A stretch of 64,000 nucleotides of DNA from an uncultured delta proteobacterium (GCA_963712115.1 CAVQGX010000042.1:96001-160000); one strand, 5' to 3'; positions 51,222 to 61,541 are shown, counted from the stretch's first letter. Notes: generated by a model not told the origin, from the letters alone. Numbers and translations: made by a program.

Positions 51222-52253
51222 CTAGAAATTCAGTTCGTAGCCTATTCCTAGGACAAGAGCCGTGTCGGAACTCTTGTTCCCCTCCGGCGGATCACTCTTG
51301 TATTTGTAGTCTACCTGGAAATTGAGGTAGAAGTTCTCCACCAGGGCAAGGCGGACCCCCTGCTCAGTGCGGAGGTAAGCACCTTCATCCGAGGTCAGGT
51401 CATAGTAGAGTTCGTGTAAGTGAAAGAAGATTATCTTTTGGGCAATTATATGGTACCTGACTCCCGCAGCCCACCTGGCGGCCAGGTATTCGTTGTCGTT
51501 GCCATTGCCATAGTCCTCGTAAAAATAGGCCGGACCCAGTTCGGCGAACAGGCTTGCAGTCTCAGTGTCGATGAACTGGTAACCAGGTCCTGCAGAGGTG
51601 ATAAAACGAAGGTCAAGATCCTGGAATTTGTCATATTCAGCGAAAGGCCGCAGGTAAGAGTAGAGTTTCTCGGTCCAGAAGTAGTCATATTTTGCGCCGG
51701 TCAGCCAGTTTCGCTGGTCTTCTTCGCCCTCGCTCTCGCCATAGTTGAACTTTCCCTCCAAGTAAATCCGCTGTTTTTTGGACCGGGCTTGAAACTTACC
51801 GGATGAATTGAAAGTCTTGCTGCGGGTGTTGCCGCTGTTGATAGCTCCACCCACGTCAACCAGTGCCTTATAAGTAACCGTTGGTGGAGGTGGGGGCGGG
51901 TTGATCCCCTGGAACTCGGCAAGGGAGAAAACCCTTGTTTCCCCTGTTTCTTGGTCCAATAGTTGGATAGAGCCAAGAGTCGGGCATGTAGCTCGACCAA
52001 CTATCTTCTCATTGTTTTTCAGTAGAAGTGTCACCTCCTTATCAGAGGTAACACAGGCAACCTCCTCCCACTTGACCTTGATTTTCTGGGCGTAGGCGGT
52101 TTCCACGACCAGCAGTCCGTCTTCGGAGGTCTCGATCTCACCGGATATGAGATCACCGTTTTTCAGGTACACCTCGTCTGCCCTTGCCGGGTATGCCAGT
52201 GATAAGACAATAATACAAATGATAAAAACTATCAGGCGGACTTCAGATCTCAT
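51222..52253 (-). CDS. DUF481/YdiY-like outer-membrane beta-barrel protein
   Basis: Signal peptide, ADEVYLKNGD.ISG, SGNT, alternating beta pattern and terminal Phe. Confidence 0.8.
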   Translation of the reverse strand: MRSEVRLIVFIICIIVLSLAYPARADEVYLKNGDLISGEIETSEDGLLVVETAYAQKIKVKWEEVACVTSDKEVTLLLKNNEKIVGRATCPTLGSIQLLDQETGETRVFSLAEFQGINPPPPPPTVTYKALVDVGGAINSGNTRSKTFNSSGKFQARSKKQRIYLEGKFNYGESEGEEDQRNWLTGAKYDYFWTEKLYSYLRPFAEYDKFQDLDLRFITSAGPGYQFIDTETASLFAELGPAYFYEDYGNGNDNEYLAARWAAGVRYHIIAQKIIFFHLHELYYDLTSDEGAYLRTEQGVRLALVENFYLNFQVDYKYKSDPPEGNKSSDTALVLGIGYELNF

Positions 52254-52423
52254 AAGATTAAACCGTTAAAGATTAGGAGTTAAAAAATAGAAATAATCAA
52301 AGAAAGGGCGGTGAAAGGCCCGTTTCCTTATAACGTAGACTCCACCGCCCGGCAAGGAACTTATATAAAAAATCCCCCTTTAGAAAGGGGGATTCATGTG
52401 GATTTGGAGGATCGTCGCCCCTT

Positions 52424-53254
52424 CTATTGCAGAACTTCTTCTTTGTGCTCAAACAAATGAACATCCCTCTGTGGATAAGGGATAGTGATGCCTTCCTCAT
52501 CGAAGCGTTTCTTGATGGCTTCGGTTAGAGCAAAATAAACATCCCAATATTGCGCGGTCTTAACCCAGGGACGAAAAGCAAAGTTAACACTGTTATCACC
52601 GAATTCAACGATACCAATTGTAGGCGCCGGCTCCTCGAGTATTCGTCCATCTTTGGCGATGATGTCCTGCAGAACCTCCTTAACCTGGTCGTAATCGTCG
52701 TCGTAACTAACACCCACAATCATATCCATACGCCTGGAGTCTTTGGCGGAGTAATTGACTATGTTGTCCCCGGTTATTTTTGAATTTGGGATGATTATAG
52801 ACTTGTTATCGGGCGTTCTCAGCTTGGTTGTGAAAATCTGAATCTCCTCAACAATCCCGGCAGTTCCTCCACCCTCGACATAGTCACCAACTCTAAAGGG
52901 CCTGAATATAATCATCAAGATGCCGGCGGCGAAATTCGCCAGAGACCCCTGTAGGGCCAAACCAACCGCAAGGCCGGCGGCACCGAGAATAGCGATGAAG
53001 GAGGTGGTCTGGATGCCAAGCTGATTAAGGGCCGCGATGATTATAAAAGCAAGAAGGGTGAAATAAGTCAGGTGGCCGAGAAATGAAACCAGGGTTTCAT
53101 CCACCTTGCCCTTGATCAGAGCCCTTACTATTAGTTTTTTCAAGCCTTTTGCCACCCAGCGCCCCACAATAAAAATAACGGCTGCTGCAATGACCTTAAG
53201 ACCGTAAAGGGTTGTCAATTCTTGTAGCTTAGGTAGAATAGTGTTCAGATCCAT
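52424..53254 (-). CDS. mscS: Small-conductance mechanosensitive channel
   Basis: GAAGLAVGLALQGSLANFAAG, RPFRVGD and IPYPQRDV motifs. Confidence 0.95.
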   Translation of the reverse strand: MDLNTILPKLQELTTLYGLKVIAAAVIFIVGRWVAKGLKKLIVRALIKGKVDETLVSFLGHLTYFTLLAFIIIAALNQLGIQTTSFIAILGAAGLAVGLALQGSLANFAAGILMIIFRPFRVGDYVEGGGTAGIVEEIQIFTTKLRTPDNKSIIIPNSKITGDNIVNYSAKDSRRMDMIVGVSYDDDYDQVKEVLQDIIAKDGRILEEPAPTIGIVEFGDNSVNFAFRPWVKTAQYWDVYFALTEAIKKRFDEEGITIPYPQRDVHLFEHKEEVLQ

Positions 53255-53300
53255 TTACTTCTCTCCATTTATCAAGCCAAATCTCAAAAAGCTTATTAAT

Positions 53301-53445
53301 TAGTGCTCATTCGAAAACAACGGTTTTCGGATTCGCGCCATCAGCGATCAGATTTCAGCTAAATATACATAAACCCAATTACTTAAGCTGAATGCTGAAA
53401 ACTTAAAGCTCCAGCCGGAAATCTTTGCTTTCCTGATGGACGCTA
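53301..53445 (-). mobile_element. MITE-like element, copy 2 (145 bp)
   Basis: Reverse complement is colinear with 11893-12052; fewer internal heptamer units. Confidence 0.75.
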
Positions 53446-53525
53446 ATTTAAGAATCCCTTATGCTGAAAACCCGGCTTTTATTTGCCCAAGGAAGGAACT
53501 TTTGATTCTGACCTTGATTGTGACG

Positions 53526-53648
53526 GGGTCAGAAACCAGAATTCAAGAGAATTACCCACAGCGCAAGGCAATAGCCTGCTATTGCCTTGCGCTATGCCAA
53601 CTGAATTCTGGCTTCCTGCCCTGAGCCTGTCGAAGGGCTGACTCCTGT
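53526..53648. repeat. Nested palindrome
   Basis: ccagaattca/tgaattctgg arms enclose the perfect hairpin agcgcaaggcaatagc-ct-gctattgccttgcgct; ccctgagcctgtcgaaggg sits inside the right arm. Confidence 0.8.
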
Positions 53649-53659
53649 CTTTAAGTAGT

Positions 53660-54715
53660 CTATTCCACTATCCGAATGTCCACTCTCCTGTTAACGGCTC
53701 TTCCCTCTGGAGTGGTGTTGCTAACCCTGGGCATGGTCTCTCCATAACCGACGGTAGTCATGCTACCTGAGGGAATACCCTTGCTGGCAAAGAAGTCACT
53801 GACCGCCTTGGCCCGCCTCTCAGATAGATTCTGGTTGTAATCCGAGGGGCCGGTGGAGTCGGTGTGCCCTTCGATGACCAGACTAGACCCCGGAACCTTT
53901 CCAACTTTCTCAGTCACTACGTTTGCTATGGCGGTCCAGGCGGCCTCGTTGATTTCAGCGCTGTCGAAACCAAAGTAGCCCCCCCCCACGGTGATGATGT
54001 TGGGGGCGACTTCTTGGACTTTCATCTCCTCGGTAGCAACATCTTCCACCTCCATGTACAGCACCTTGCTAAGGAAAGTCTCTATTGCCACCAAGTCTGA
54101 TATCATCTCTTCACCGTCAGCAAATGTGCAGGTTCCAAGTCCGTTTATCTTTCTCAAGGTTTCTTCACCTGCCTCAGTGTCGGCCAGGGAGATAACGTCA
54201 AAACAGATGTTCGTATACTCGTTATCAATGTATTTTGCGGCTTGGTAAGGATCCTTGCCCTCGTTTACTTCGCCGTCGGAGACAACAATCACTGAGGTCT
54301 TGCCGGAAAATCCGCCCATCACTTTGTCCAAAGCCTCGATCTCTGTTCCAAGTGGGGTCAAGTTTCCGAAGATTTTTCCCTTATCGGGCAGGTTTTTAAT
54401 TTCCTGCTCGAAGAAATATCGCGAGAATTTCTGTGGACCAATGAGTGTTGCGTCAGGACTGAAGACCTGGATTGCAGCATTGTAACCTAATTCGGGAATC
54501 CGCTCGTTCATCTCCAGAAGCATCTTTTTGACCAGGACGGCTTTGACCTCTTTCCTTTCTTTGTGCTCCATGAACATGGAGCCGGATTGATCGATCAGGA
54601 TGATGAAATTGTCCACCCTGGGGATTTTCTTGGCCTCCGCCACAACCACACCCAGGGTGACCACCATGGCCACGACAAAGCCCATTACTAAAAGTTTTTT
54701 TGCTGTACTGAACAT
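53660..54715 (-). CDS. vWA + OmpA-family protein
   Basis: DQSGS MIDAS motif and SDG; C-terminal EGHTDSTG..YNQNLSERRA and NRRV. Confidence 0.9.
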   Translation of the reverse strand: MFSTAKKLLVMGFVVAMVVTLGVVVAEAKKIPRVDNFIILIDQSGSMFMEHKERKEVKAVLVKKMLLEMNERIPELGYNAAIQVFSPDATLIGPQKFSRYFFEQEIKNLPDKGKIFGNLTPLGTEIEALDKVMGGFSGKTSVIVVSDGEVNEGKDPYQAAKYIDNEYTNICFDVISLADTEAGEETLRKINGLGTCTFADGEEMISDLVAIETFLSKVLYMEVEDVATEEMKVQEVAPNIITVGGGYFGFDSAEINEAAWTAIANVVTEKVGKVPGSSLVIEGHTDSTGPSDYNQNLSERRAKAVSDFFASKGIPSGSMTTVGYGETMPRVSNTTPEGRAVNRRVDIRIVE

Positions 54716-54929
54716 AGATTTCCCCCCTGTTTTAATGGAAACTAAAGTTTGTTCCAGTTAATCACCGCAAAGTTTGCAGTCAAGCGGTAATCATAAAAAA
54801 AGGTTTCTTTACTATATTTTTTTCAGTTGGCGGAAGTTACGAATTGTTTAAGTCTATAAAAGGCAAGTTAAAAACTGGAGGGTGATTGTCAATACGAAAA
54901 ACTACCAAACGAGAGCTGATCTCAATCAA

Positions 54930-55748
54930 CTATTCAAAAAACTCTATTCTGTTAACGAATGCCACTGCTCTACCGTCATCTCCTGATGAAGTTGTATCCA
55001 TTACAAGAGCCACACCGGTTATGCGGGGAACCTCGTCTTTTTCAAAATAATTCTTAAAAGCATAGACCAGATCGAATTCTGAAACTATTGTCTCACCTGG
55101 CAGCGGATTACCCATACAGACAAAACGCCCGCCCTCCTGATAATATTTCCCCATATAGGCCTTATAAGGCATGTCATGTCTGCCAAGAAATAAACCAATA
55201 AAATAAGGACTGTTCGGCAGCACCAAATGGCCACTGGAAATTTTCTCATAACCAAAAAATATTAGAACCTGTATAGCTTCATTGTTAACCTCAGCCTCAT
55301 ACGAAGCACCTCTGGGGTATTTGACTACTCCCCATTCGACCCTCACTCCAGAATATTTTCTTGGCTCCAAAGAGTCATTTACGATAAAACCTCTCAAACG
55401 CGTTTTAGCCTCTAGAATCAGAGCACCTTCATCCACATCCAGATCAAGTTTTTTGCGGTCCCTGGCCGCTTGTTCAAACTTGAATCCTTTGTTTTCGAGC
55501 CATTCGTCGATAGACCCTGCCTCATAGTCGGAAAAATCGATTAGATAATTATTTCTTTGAGGTTGCTCATTTTCTTGTTTATTTAGATTTTTTGACTTGA
55601 TTATTGAAGCTGGATTATCAGATCTATCTGGCTTTTCTTGTTCTGAAAAGACATTGGAATTCAAGGTCAATACCAGAACTGAGAGTAATGCTACGAAAAG
55701 GCTTTTCATTTCCCGATCCCAGACAACAAGTACAACAGGAGTCCTCAC
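54930..55748 (-). CDS. Secreted hypothetical protein (DUF3047-like C-terminus, tentative)
   Basis: Signal-like N-terminus; ALVMDT...AVAFVNRIEF ending. Confidence 0.6.
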   Translation of the reverse strand: MRTPVVLVVWDREMKSLFVALLSVLVLTLNSNVFSEQEKPDRSDNPASIIKSKNLNKQENEQPQRNNYLIDFSDYEAGSIDEWLENKGFKFEQAARDRKKLDLDVDEGALILEAKTRLRGFIVNDSLEPRKYSGVRVEWGVVKYPRGASYEAEVNNEAIQVLIFFGYEKISSGHLVLPNSPYFIGLFLGRHDMPYKAYMGKYYQEGGRFVCMGNPLPGETIVSEFDLVYAFKNYFEKDEVPRITGVALVMDTTSSGDDGRAVAFVNRIEFFE

Positions 55749-55969
55749 AATGGGAGCACAGTCGATTAACTTTGCGGAAGTGTAATACTTGACAATTTAT
55801 TGTCAATAGGCAAGCTCAAGGTAAATGGTTCTCGGGCGGAGACCCGCCCGCAAATCCGGGAAGAGTTGTCTCAGAGAAATAAGTAATTATAGTTTAGCAA
55901 AGCAAGGACTGTACTCGCAGTCCTCTACTTTGTTGGTTTCTTCCCATGAACCCAAAAAGGAGAGTAAGC

Positions 55970-56752
55970 ATGAAAAAGTTTATTTATATAGGCATCGCAC
56001 TTGTAGTTATTCTTGCAGTAGTACTGGTTATTGGAATATCCAATCTGGGCCCCATAATTAAAACCGCGGTGAACAAATATGGTCCCGCAATGACCAAAAC
56101 AGATTTACGGATTAACGATGTAAGCATTTCTCTCTTTTCTGGTGAGGCCAAACTCAAGGATTTTTACCTGGGCAACCCCAAGGGGTTCAAATCACCTGAG
56201 GCCATGAGTGTAAATGCTATTTATGTGAATGTGGATGAAAAGTCTATAACCCGTGATCCGATTATTATTGACAGAGTCGAGGTTGTTGGCCCCAACATCA
56301 CCTACGAAAAAGTCCAACGTACCGATAACTTCCAAACCATTTTGAATAATGTTAAAAGGAGCGCAGAAACTTCCAAGTCCTCCTCTTCAAGCAAAAAACC
56401 GTCAAAGGAGTCCGCTGGAAAGAAGCTTGTGATCAGAGACTTCATCATTACGGATGGCAAGGTAAACATGGACGTGAACATGCAAGCTGGCTCCAGCATA
56501 AGTGCTTCAGCGTCCCTTCCGAAGATTCACCTTAAAAATGTAGGGGAGAAAAGCGGGGGTGCTACTGCCGAAGAAGTTTTTTACATAGTTTTCGCCGAAC
56601 TGTACGATAAGTTAGTCTCCCCTGCCGTGACTGCCACCCTCAACAAAGAGTTGAAGGGGCTCACCTCGCGCATTCCCATAGAAGACGAGGAAACTAAAAA
56701 ATCAGTTGAGAAAACAGTCAATCAAACGGTCAAGGGGTTGCTCGGTAAGTAG
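55970..56752 (+). CDS. AsmA-like N-terminal domain protein
   Basis: N-terminal TM anchor; SLFSGEA...LGNPKGF and NFQTIL segments; AAGGAG RBS. Confidence 0.7.
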   Translation: MKKFIYIGIALVVILAVVLVIGISNLGPIIKTAVNKYGPAMTKTDLRINDVSISLFSGEAKLKDFYLGNPKGFKSPEAMSVNAIYVNVDEKSITRDPIIIDRVEVVGPNITYEKVQRTDNFQTILNNVKRSAETSKSSSSSKKPSKESAGKKLVIRDFIITDGKVNMDVNMQAGSSISASASLPKIHLKNVGEKSGGATAEEVFYIVFAELYDKLVSPAVTATLNKELKGLTSRIPIEDEETKKSVEKTVNQTVKGLLGK

Positions 56753-56754
56753 CA

Positions 56755-57030
56755 GTTTAGATTTGAGATTTTAGATTTAAGATTTGAGAAGGCATAGAGC
56801 ATAGGGAAAAGATAGCTGGCAGGAGGCAGCGGTCAGCAGGCAGCCGCAGTTAGAGGTTGGAGGAGCGCTACGCTTTAGGTTGGAGGCAGGTCTTGGCGGA
56901 TTTGTAAGAGTTCAGCGATTTATATGGTTTCAACGTTTTGAACGACTTGAACGATTTTAACGACCTCTAACCCATGACCCATTACCTTAACTTTAGGCAT
57001 TTTAGCTCACTTTAGACACTTTAGACATTC
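56755..57030 (+). repeat. Composite ordered repeat block
   Basis: ATTTGAG, then GCATAGA, GGCAG.., AACGACTTG, ccatgacccattaccttaac, TTTAG(A/G)CA(C/T). Confidence 0.85.
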
Positions 57031-57046
57031 AAGCGGTTTTTGGCGA

Positions 57047-57646
57047 TTATTTTTCCAACTTCTTCAACTCGAGGGCGCAGACAGATGGATCCGGTTTTTT
57101 GTTGATGTCTGACACCTGAATGAATCGGATAATTCCCTCTTTGTCGATTATAAATACGGCCCTTTCTGTAAAGCCGTCAGAACGAAACACGCCATACTCT
57201 TTAGCTACGGTTCCGTGGGGCCAGAAATCAGAAAGTACATGGAACCAAACCGTTCCCATCTCTCTGGTCCAAGCATGGAGAGTGGGGATGTTATCAACCG
57301 TGATTCCTATGAGCACTGCATCAGTTTCATCGAAAACGTTTTTTACGATGCTGTAACCTGGAAACTGTTGCGAGCACACGGGTGTCCAAGCTGCCGGGAC
57401 AAAAGATAGCACCACATTCTTTTTCCCCAAAAACTGGCTGAGGGCAATCTTCTTCCCCGAAACTGAAGGGAGAACGAAGTCCGGAGCCGGCTCCCCTACC
57501 TTGACCTTCAAAACGCTGTCGATTGGCTTCAATCTGCCCAGATCATAAATATCTTTTTTGGATACCTCTGAAAAAACCAAGGTGGAACCGTACAGTAAAA
57601 TCATAATCACCAGTAGAACAGCACTTGATTTGGTAAAATTTTCCAC
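57047..57646 (-). CDS. Peroxiredoxin (AhpE-like), probably exported
   Basis: FVPAAWTPVC (PxxxTxxC), LSDFWPHG and ERAVF motifs; N-terminal hydrophobic segment. Confidence 0.88.
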   Translation of the reverse strand: MENFTKSSAVLLVIMILLYGSTLVFSEVSKKDIYDLGRLKPIDSVLKVKVGEPAPDFVLPSVSGKKIALSQFLGKKNVVLSFVPAAWTPVCSQQFPGYSIVKNVFDETDAVLIGITVDNIPTLHAWTREMGTVWFHVLSDFWPHGTVAKEYGVFRSDGFTERAVFIIDKEGIIRFIQVSDINKKPDPSVCALELKKLEK

Positions 57647-57690
57647 GTCCTATTCCTCCTCACTCGAGAGCTAAAACCTACAACCAAAGA

Positions 57691-57897
57691 ATCCAGTAGC
57701 AGTAGCCAGTAGCCAGTAGTCAAAAAGAAATCACTCTTGCTTGCTTTTCTCCTAAATTCTGGACTTCTGGCTCCTATCTCCATTCTCTATGCCTTCCCAC
57801 ATCCCAAATCTCAAATTCGAAATTCGAAATTCGCAATTACTTCCCTATGCCCCGTGCCCTATGCCTTGCCATCCCAATCCGCAATCCGCAATCTCAA
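57691..57897. repeat. Concatenated heptamer arrays (CCAGTAG/TTCTGG, AATTCGA, CCTATGC, AATCCGC)
   Basis: Arrays visible directly; overlaps the terB-like stop codon. Confidence 0.8.
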
Positions 57898-58352
57898 ACC
57901 CCCTCTTCCGGCTCAAATTTACATACTTTTGCAGAATCCAGGCACAATACTCGGCAAATCTCATCAACCACCTTTTGCTCCGGTTCACTAAAATTGCCAT
58001 CTGCTTTGGCAATGAGGATGCAGGCACGAACAAGAAGGGCAGCCTTTTCCTGGTCCCCTGAAAATTTAGCAACAGTCTTTAACACCTTTTCTCTTGCTTT
58101 ATTAAAATCCTCTTGTACCTCTTGGCTGTATTCTCGGAAGAGATTGACCGCCTGATGGACATCAAATACTTTGAGCTCTTTTACATTTTCCAAAATGAAG
58201 TCTAGCGCCAGCCGATGCGAGAGCACGATCTCTTTATCTGCAAGGGCCAAAAGAGCCGTGGCTCCCATCATGGCCTCTAGAAAAGGCTTGTTTCGATGTC
58301 GTTTGACTTTTTCGGCAATTGATGCCCTCGCAGCACGGAAGATACTGCTCAT
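57894..58352 (-). CDS. TerB-family protein
   Basis: ALADKEI...IAKADGNFSEPE pattern of TerB. Confidence 0.8.
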   Translation of the reverse strand: MSSIFRAARASIAEKVKRHRNKPFLEAMMGATALLALADKEIVLSHRLALDFILENVKELKVFDVHQAVNLFREYSQEVQEDFNKAREKVLKTVAKFSGDQEKAALLVRACILIAKADGNFSEPEQKVVDEICRVLCLDSAKVCKFEPEEGV

Positions 58353-58482
58353 GCTTTTCCCCTTGTTTTAGGTCTACCGAAGCTAAACAACCGGTCCTGT
58401 TTCAGGCCGTGATGGTTATAAAAATAAGGTCGAGAGGTCGCAACTGTCAACAATTAGGTTATCTTTTCCTTTCCTTTAGCCC

Positions 58483-59241
58483 TTGACCTCCAGGGGCCAC
58501 TTGGTTTACCAAGATGCAATGACAAACGGTGAGATGAGACGAAGGGCATGTAAATGGACGATCAGACTTGTGTACCTTTTAGTCGGTGGTGTTTCAAGAG
58601 GAAGGTTTCTGACCCTCCTCGTTTTAATCCTTGCCATGCTCATTGTCGCTCCTCTAGCGGAAGAGTTCGTGCGTCTTCGCATGCTTATGGACATTTTCTG
58701 GTCTGCTATCTTTATAGCCATCATCTATGCTGTGAGCCACAAAAAACATCACATCCTTATTGCCCTGCTCCTCGCGCTGCCAATGCTCGGATCAATATGG
58801 TCCAGCTACTTTGTGGAGCTTTCGGCTGTGGTGGTGGTAGGTGCCCTTTGTGGGGCTGCTTTTTTTATTTTTGCCATTATTCAGATACTGATCTTTATAT
58901 ACAGCCAGAAAGAGGTGACCAGGGATCTCATAGTCGGCGCAGCTATCGTTTATTTGCTCATGGCACTGGCGTGGAGTTTTATTTTTGGGGCTGTGGAGTC
59001 ACTGCACCCCGGTTCATTTTCAATCCCAGAAATTCAGGGTATTTCAACCAGCCGCAACTTTCTCTACTACAGTTTCGTCACTATAACCACTCTGGGTTAC
59101 GGCGATATTACCCCTGTTAGCAGCCTGGCCAGATCCTTGTGCATTCTCGAAGCAGTTATCGGCCAACTTTATCTGGTGGTCCAGGTCGCCTGGTTGGTGG
59201 GAGTGCATGTTTCACAATCAATGCTGAAGAAATCGGATTAG
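58483..59241 (+). CDS. Potassium-channel-like membrane protein (Ion_trans_2)
   Basis: YYSFVTITTLGYGDITP pore motif and multiple TM segments; start uncertain. Confidence 0.88.
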   Translation: MTSRGHLVYQDAMTNGEMRRRACKWTIRLVYLLVGGVSRGRFLTLLVLILAMLIVAPLAEEFVRLRMLMDIFWSAIFIAIIYAVSHKKHHILIALLLALPMLGSIWSSYFVELSAVVVVGALCGAAFFIFAIIQILIFIYSQKEVTRDLIVGAAIVYLLMALAWSFIFGAVESLHPGSFSIPEIQGISTSRNFLYYSFVTITTLGYGDITPVSSLARSLCILEAVIGQLYLVVQVAWLVGVHVSQSMLKKSD

Positions 59242-59247
59242 TAGGAG

Positions 59248-59340
59248 GGATCAGGGGTCAGAGGATAGATGACAGAGGTCGGAAGTCAGAGATCAGAGGT
59301 CAGAGATCAGAGGTCGCTGACGCTTACGGAAGTCAGAGAT
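59248..59340 (+). repeat. TCAGAGG heptamer array
   Basis: Roughly 10 degenerate units overlapping the 3' end of the TPR gene. Confidence 0.85.
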
Positions 59341-60353
59341 GAGGATTTTTGTGTCGCCTTCTGTAGGCTTGCTGCACGGTCCCTAAATTTTATTACTTTA
59401 TTTGCGGATTCAGGATCGATCTCGAGCACTCTGTCAAAATCTGAGAGGGCCCCAGTGTAATCGCCCAGATGCTCCTTAACTTTTCCACGTCGGAAATATG
59501 CATCTACATATTCTGAATTCAGTTCAATTGCTCTGTTAAAGTCTTCAATGGCTCCGGTGAGGTCCCCAAAATTCTCCCTGGCTATCCCACGATTACAATG
59601 TGCTTCAACAAATTGCCCATTCAAGCCAATTGCTCTGTTGTAGTCTGCCATTGCCCCGTCATAATCCCTTTGCTTTGACTTTATGTTGCCCCTATTATTG
59701 TAAGCGTTAGCATATTCCGGGTTTACTTCGATTGCCTTTTCATAGTCTTCTCCTGCCTTTTCCAAATTATCAGCTCTCTCCCATGCCATTCCACGACTGT
59801 TCAAGACATTCGCTACAAGCTTAATAGGAGGGTACTCCAGAAATTCTTCTTCTTTGATAGAGCAATCAAAACCCAGGGGATCGGTGTTGTCTATGTCAGA
59901 AAAATTGCTGCTATCTATTCTCAATCTATTTACAATGTGACTGTCGCTCACCAGTATTGTGAGATTCAGACCTTCTCTTAATCCCAAGACCGTGTACAGA
60001 GATGTTAGCCCAACACATGAACCAACCTTTTGATTTACATCAGTGTTCAATTGGGCATCGATTACATCGGCTAATAAGAAATTACTGTTACATCTCCTTG
60101 GTTTGGTGTTCCACAGATACTCAAACAACCACTTGGCCACAGACGTGGTCATATAGTTCCGTGTCGACGCCAGACTTAAAGGACTCTTTGACCTTAGCCT
60201 CTCAATAAACCCATTATAAATCTGATCCAGTTTTTGGGTGTATGTTTCAATCTCTCCCTCTGTTTGCAACCCGGAGATTATTAGCAGGGTTCTCTCCAGA
60301 GAGGCACTTTTTCCGGCTTTGATATCTTGAATAAGTTTTTCTTCGAGATGCAT
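59307..60353 (-). CDS. TPR protein with an N-terminal transglutaminase-like (C-H-D) domain
   Basis: GSCVGLTSLY...SHI...DIDNT followed by four TPRs. Confidence 0.75.
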   Translation of the reverse strand: MHLEEKLIQDIKAGKSASLERTLLIISGLQTEGEIETYTQKLDQIYNGFIERLRSKSPLSLASTRNYMTTSVAKWLFEYLWNTKPRRCNSNFLLADVIDAQLNTDVNQKVGSCVGLTSLYTVLGLREGLNLTILVSDSHIVNRLRIDSSNFSDIDNTDPLGFDCSIKEEEFLEYPPIKLVANVLNSRGMAWERADNLEKAGEDYEKAIEVNPEYANAYNNRGNIKSKQRDYDGAMADYNRAIGLNGQFVEAHCNRGIARENFGDLTGAIEDFNRAIELNSEYVDAYFRRGKVKEHLGDYTGALSDFDRVLEIDPESANKVIKFRDRAASLQKATQKSSSLTSVSVSDL

Positions 60354-60414
60354 GGTTGTCGCTGTGTTCGCCTCTCACTTTTTGCTTGACCGTAGCACAC
60401 AATGCTTGGGAAGG

Positions 60415-60750
60415 TCAAAAAGTCCAAAATCTCAAATCTCACATCCCAAATCCGCAATCCGCAACCTAAAATCTCAAATCTACAATCTGCCTTCTGACCT
60501 CCGACCTCTGACCCCTACCAATTACAACAAATGACAGCGCAGCGTAATGACCTAATGACGCCGAAGGCTAATGACAGAGTAGCCTGATCATGGCAAGGTC
60601 AACTTGAGCGAACCGCGGCTGCCTGCTGTCAGTTGCCTCCTGCCGGCTGTCTTACCCCCATGCTCTATGCCTCCCCAAATCCCAAATCCGAAATCCGAAG
60701 TCCCAAATCATAAACCTTCCCTCTGCGCTCTCCGCGCTCTCCGCGGTAAA
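60415..60750. repeat. Large composite repeat block
   Basis: AATCTCA/AATCCGC, CCTCTGA, AATGAC, GCTGCCT, CTATGC and CTCCGCG arrays; 60611-60709 resembles the reverse complement of 56757-56852. Confidence 0.85.
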
Positions 60751-60907
60751 TGATTATCTTGCCTGAAAGGACATTTATTATTACTATTGCCTTTGGGGGG
60801 CTCGTGCTAGATAATGACTTTGATTCAATGAGCTTTCAACCTCCGAAGAGGTTGGAGGAGAAGTGATAACTGCTGCTTTCTCCGGGTGGTGCTAAAGGAG
60901 ATTCAGA

Positions 60908-61536
60908 ATGAATAGGTGTATGTTCTTTTCCATTCTGGTTGCAATTGTGTTGCTGTTTCCCAATAATGCCTCAGCGGACAAGGCTCCCCGTAAAATAGCA
61001 GGGACTTACCCTGGGAGAGCAGATTTCCATGTTTGTCGACCTTGTACAAATGGAGACCTCCATAGTACTCCGTGATCGACAGTATTTGCGCGAAGTAAAT
61101 ATTCGGGAAATCGACGGCTATAAAAGCGGCACCGTGGACTTTGGCAACTGTTCCAAGCCGGGGCAGATTGTTCGGATCAAGTTAAAATATGAATACGAGG
61201 ACAAGAATTTTTACGATGAACTTCTGGAAAAATTCAACAAGAAGTTTGGAGAACCTGATGAGTGGCGTGGCGACCCCTTTCACGTCATCATAGCCTGGAA
61301 ATGGTCTTTCAGGGATGAGAACGGCAACAGCATCAGTCTGATCCTCCAGCACAGCAGGGACGAGGAATATAAGTGGGGAAACTCGATTAAGTTGACAAAC
61401 ACCACCCTAATTGAACAAGAACGTCTATGTTACGAGAAGAGGAATCAGGAGGAAGGAGGTAGCAAAGAGAGCAAGTCCGCCTCCAAAGAGGCGCAAGCTG
61501 TCAGAAAAAGATTATCAACTTTTTATTCCCCAGTAA
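60908..61536 (+). pseudogene. Secreted hypothetical protein with apparent frameshift(s)
   Basis: AAGGAG RBS and ATG 60908 signal peptide (MNRCMFFSILVAIVLLFPNNASADKAPRKIAG); removing one base at GGG 61001-61003 joins the 61029 ORF. An alternative C-terminus (KRRKLSEKDYQLFIPQ, stop 61536) suggests a second shift near 61485. Confidence 0.65.
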
Positions 61537-61541
61537 AATGT

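Noticed and set aside
57047-57646. Selenocysteine peroxiredoxin
   Set aside because: The peroxidatic residue is encoded as Cys in an uninterrupted ORF.
57847-58155. 'CLAIP' in this ORF as the missing hypC
   Set aside because: The motif arises from the CCTATGC array, the rest does not resemble HypC, and the ORF is antisense to the TerB-like gene.
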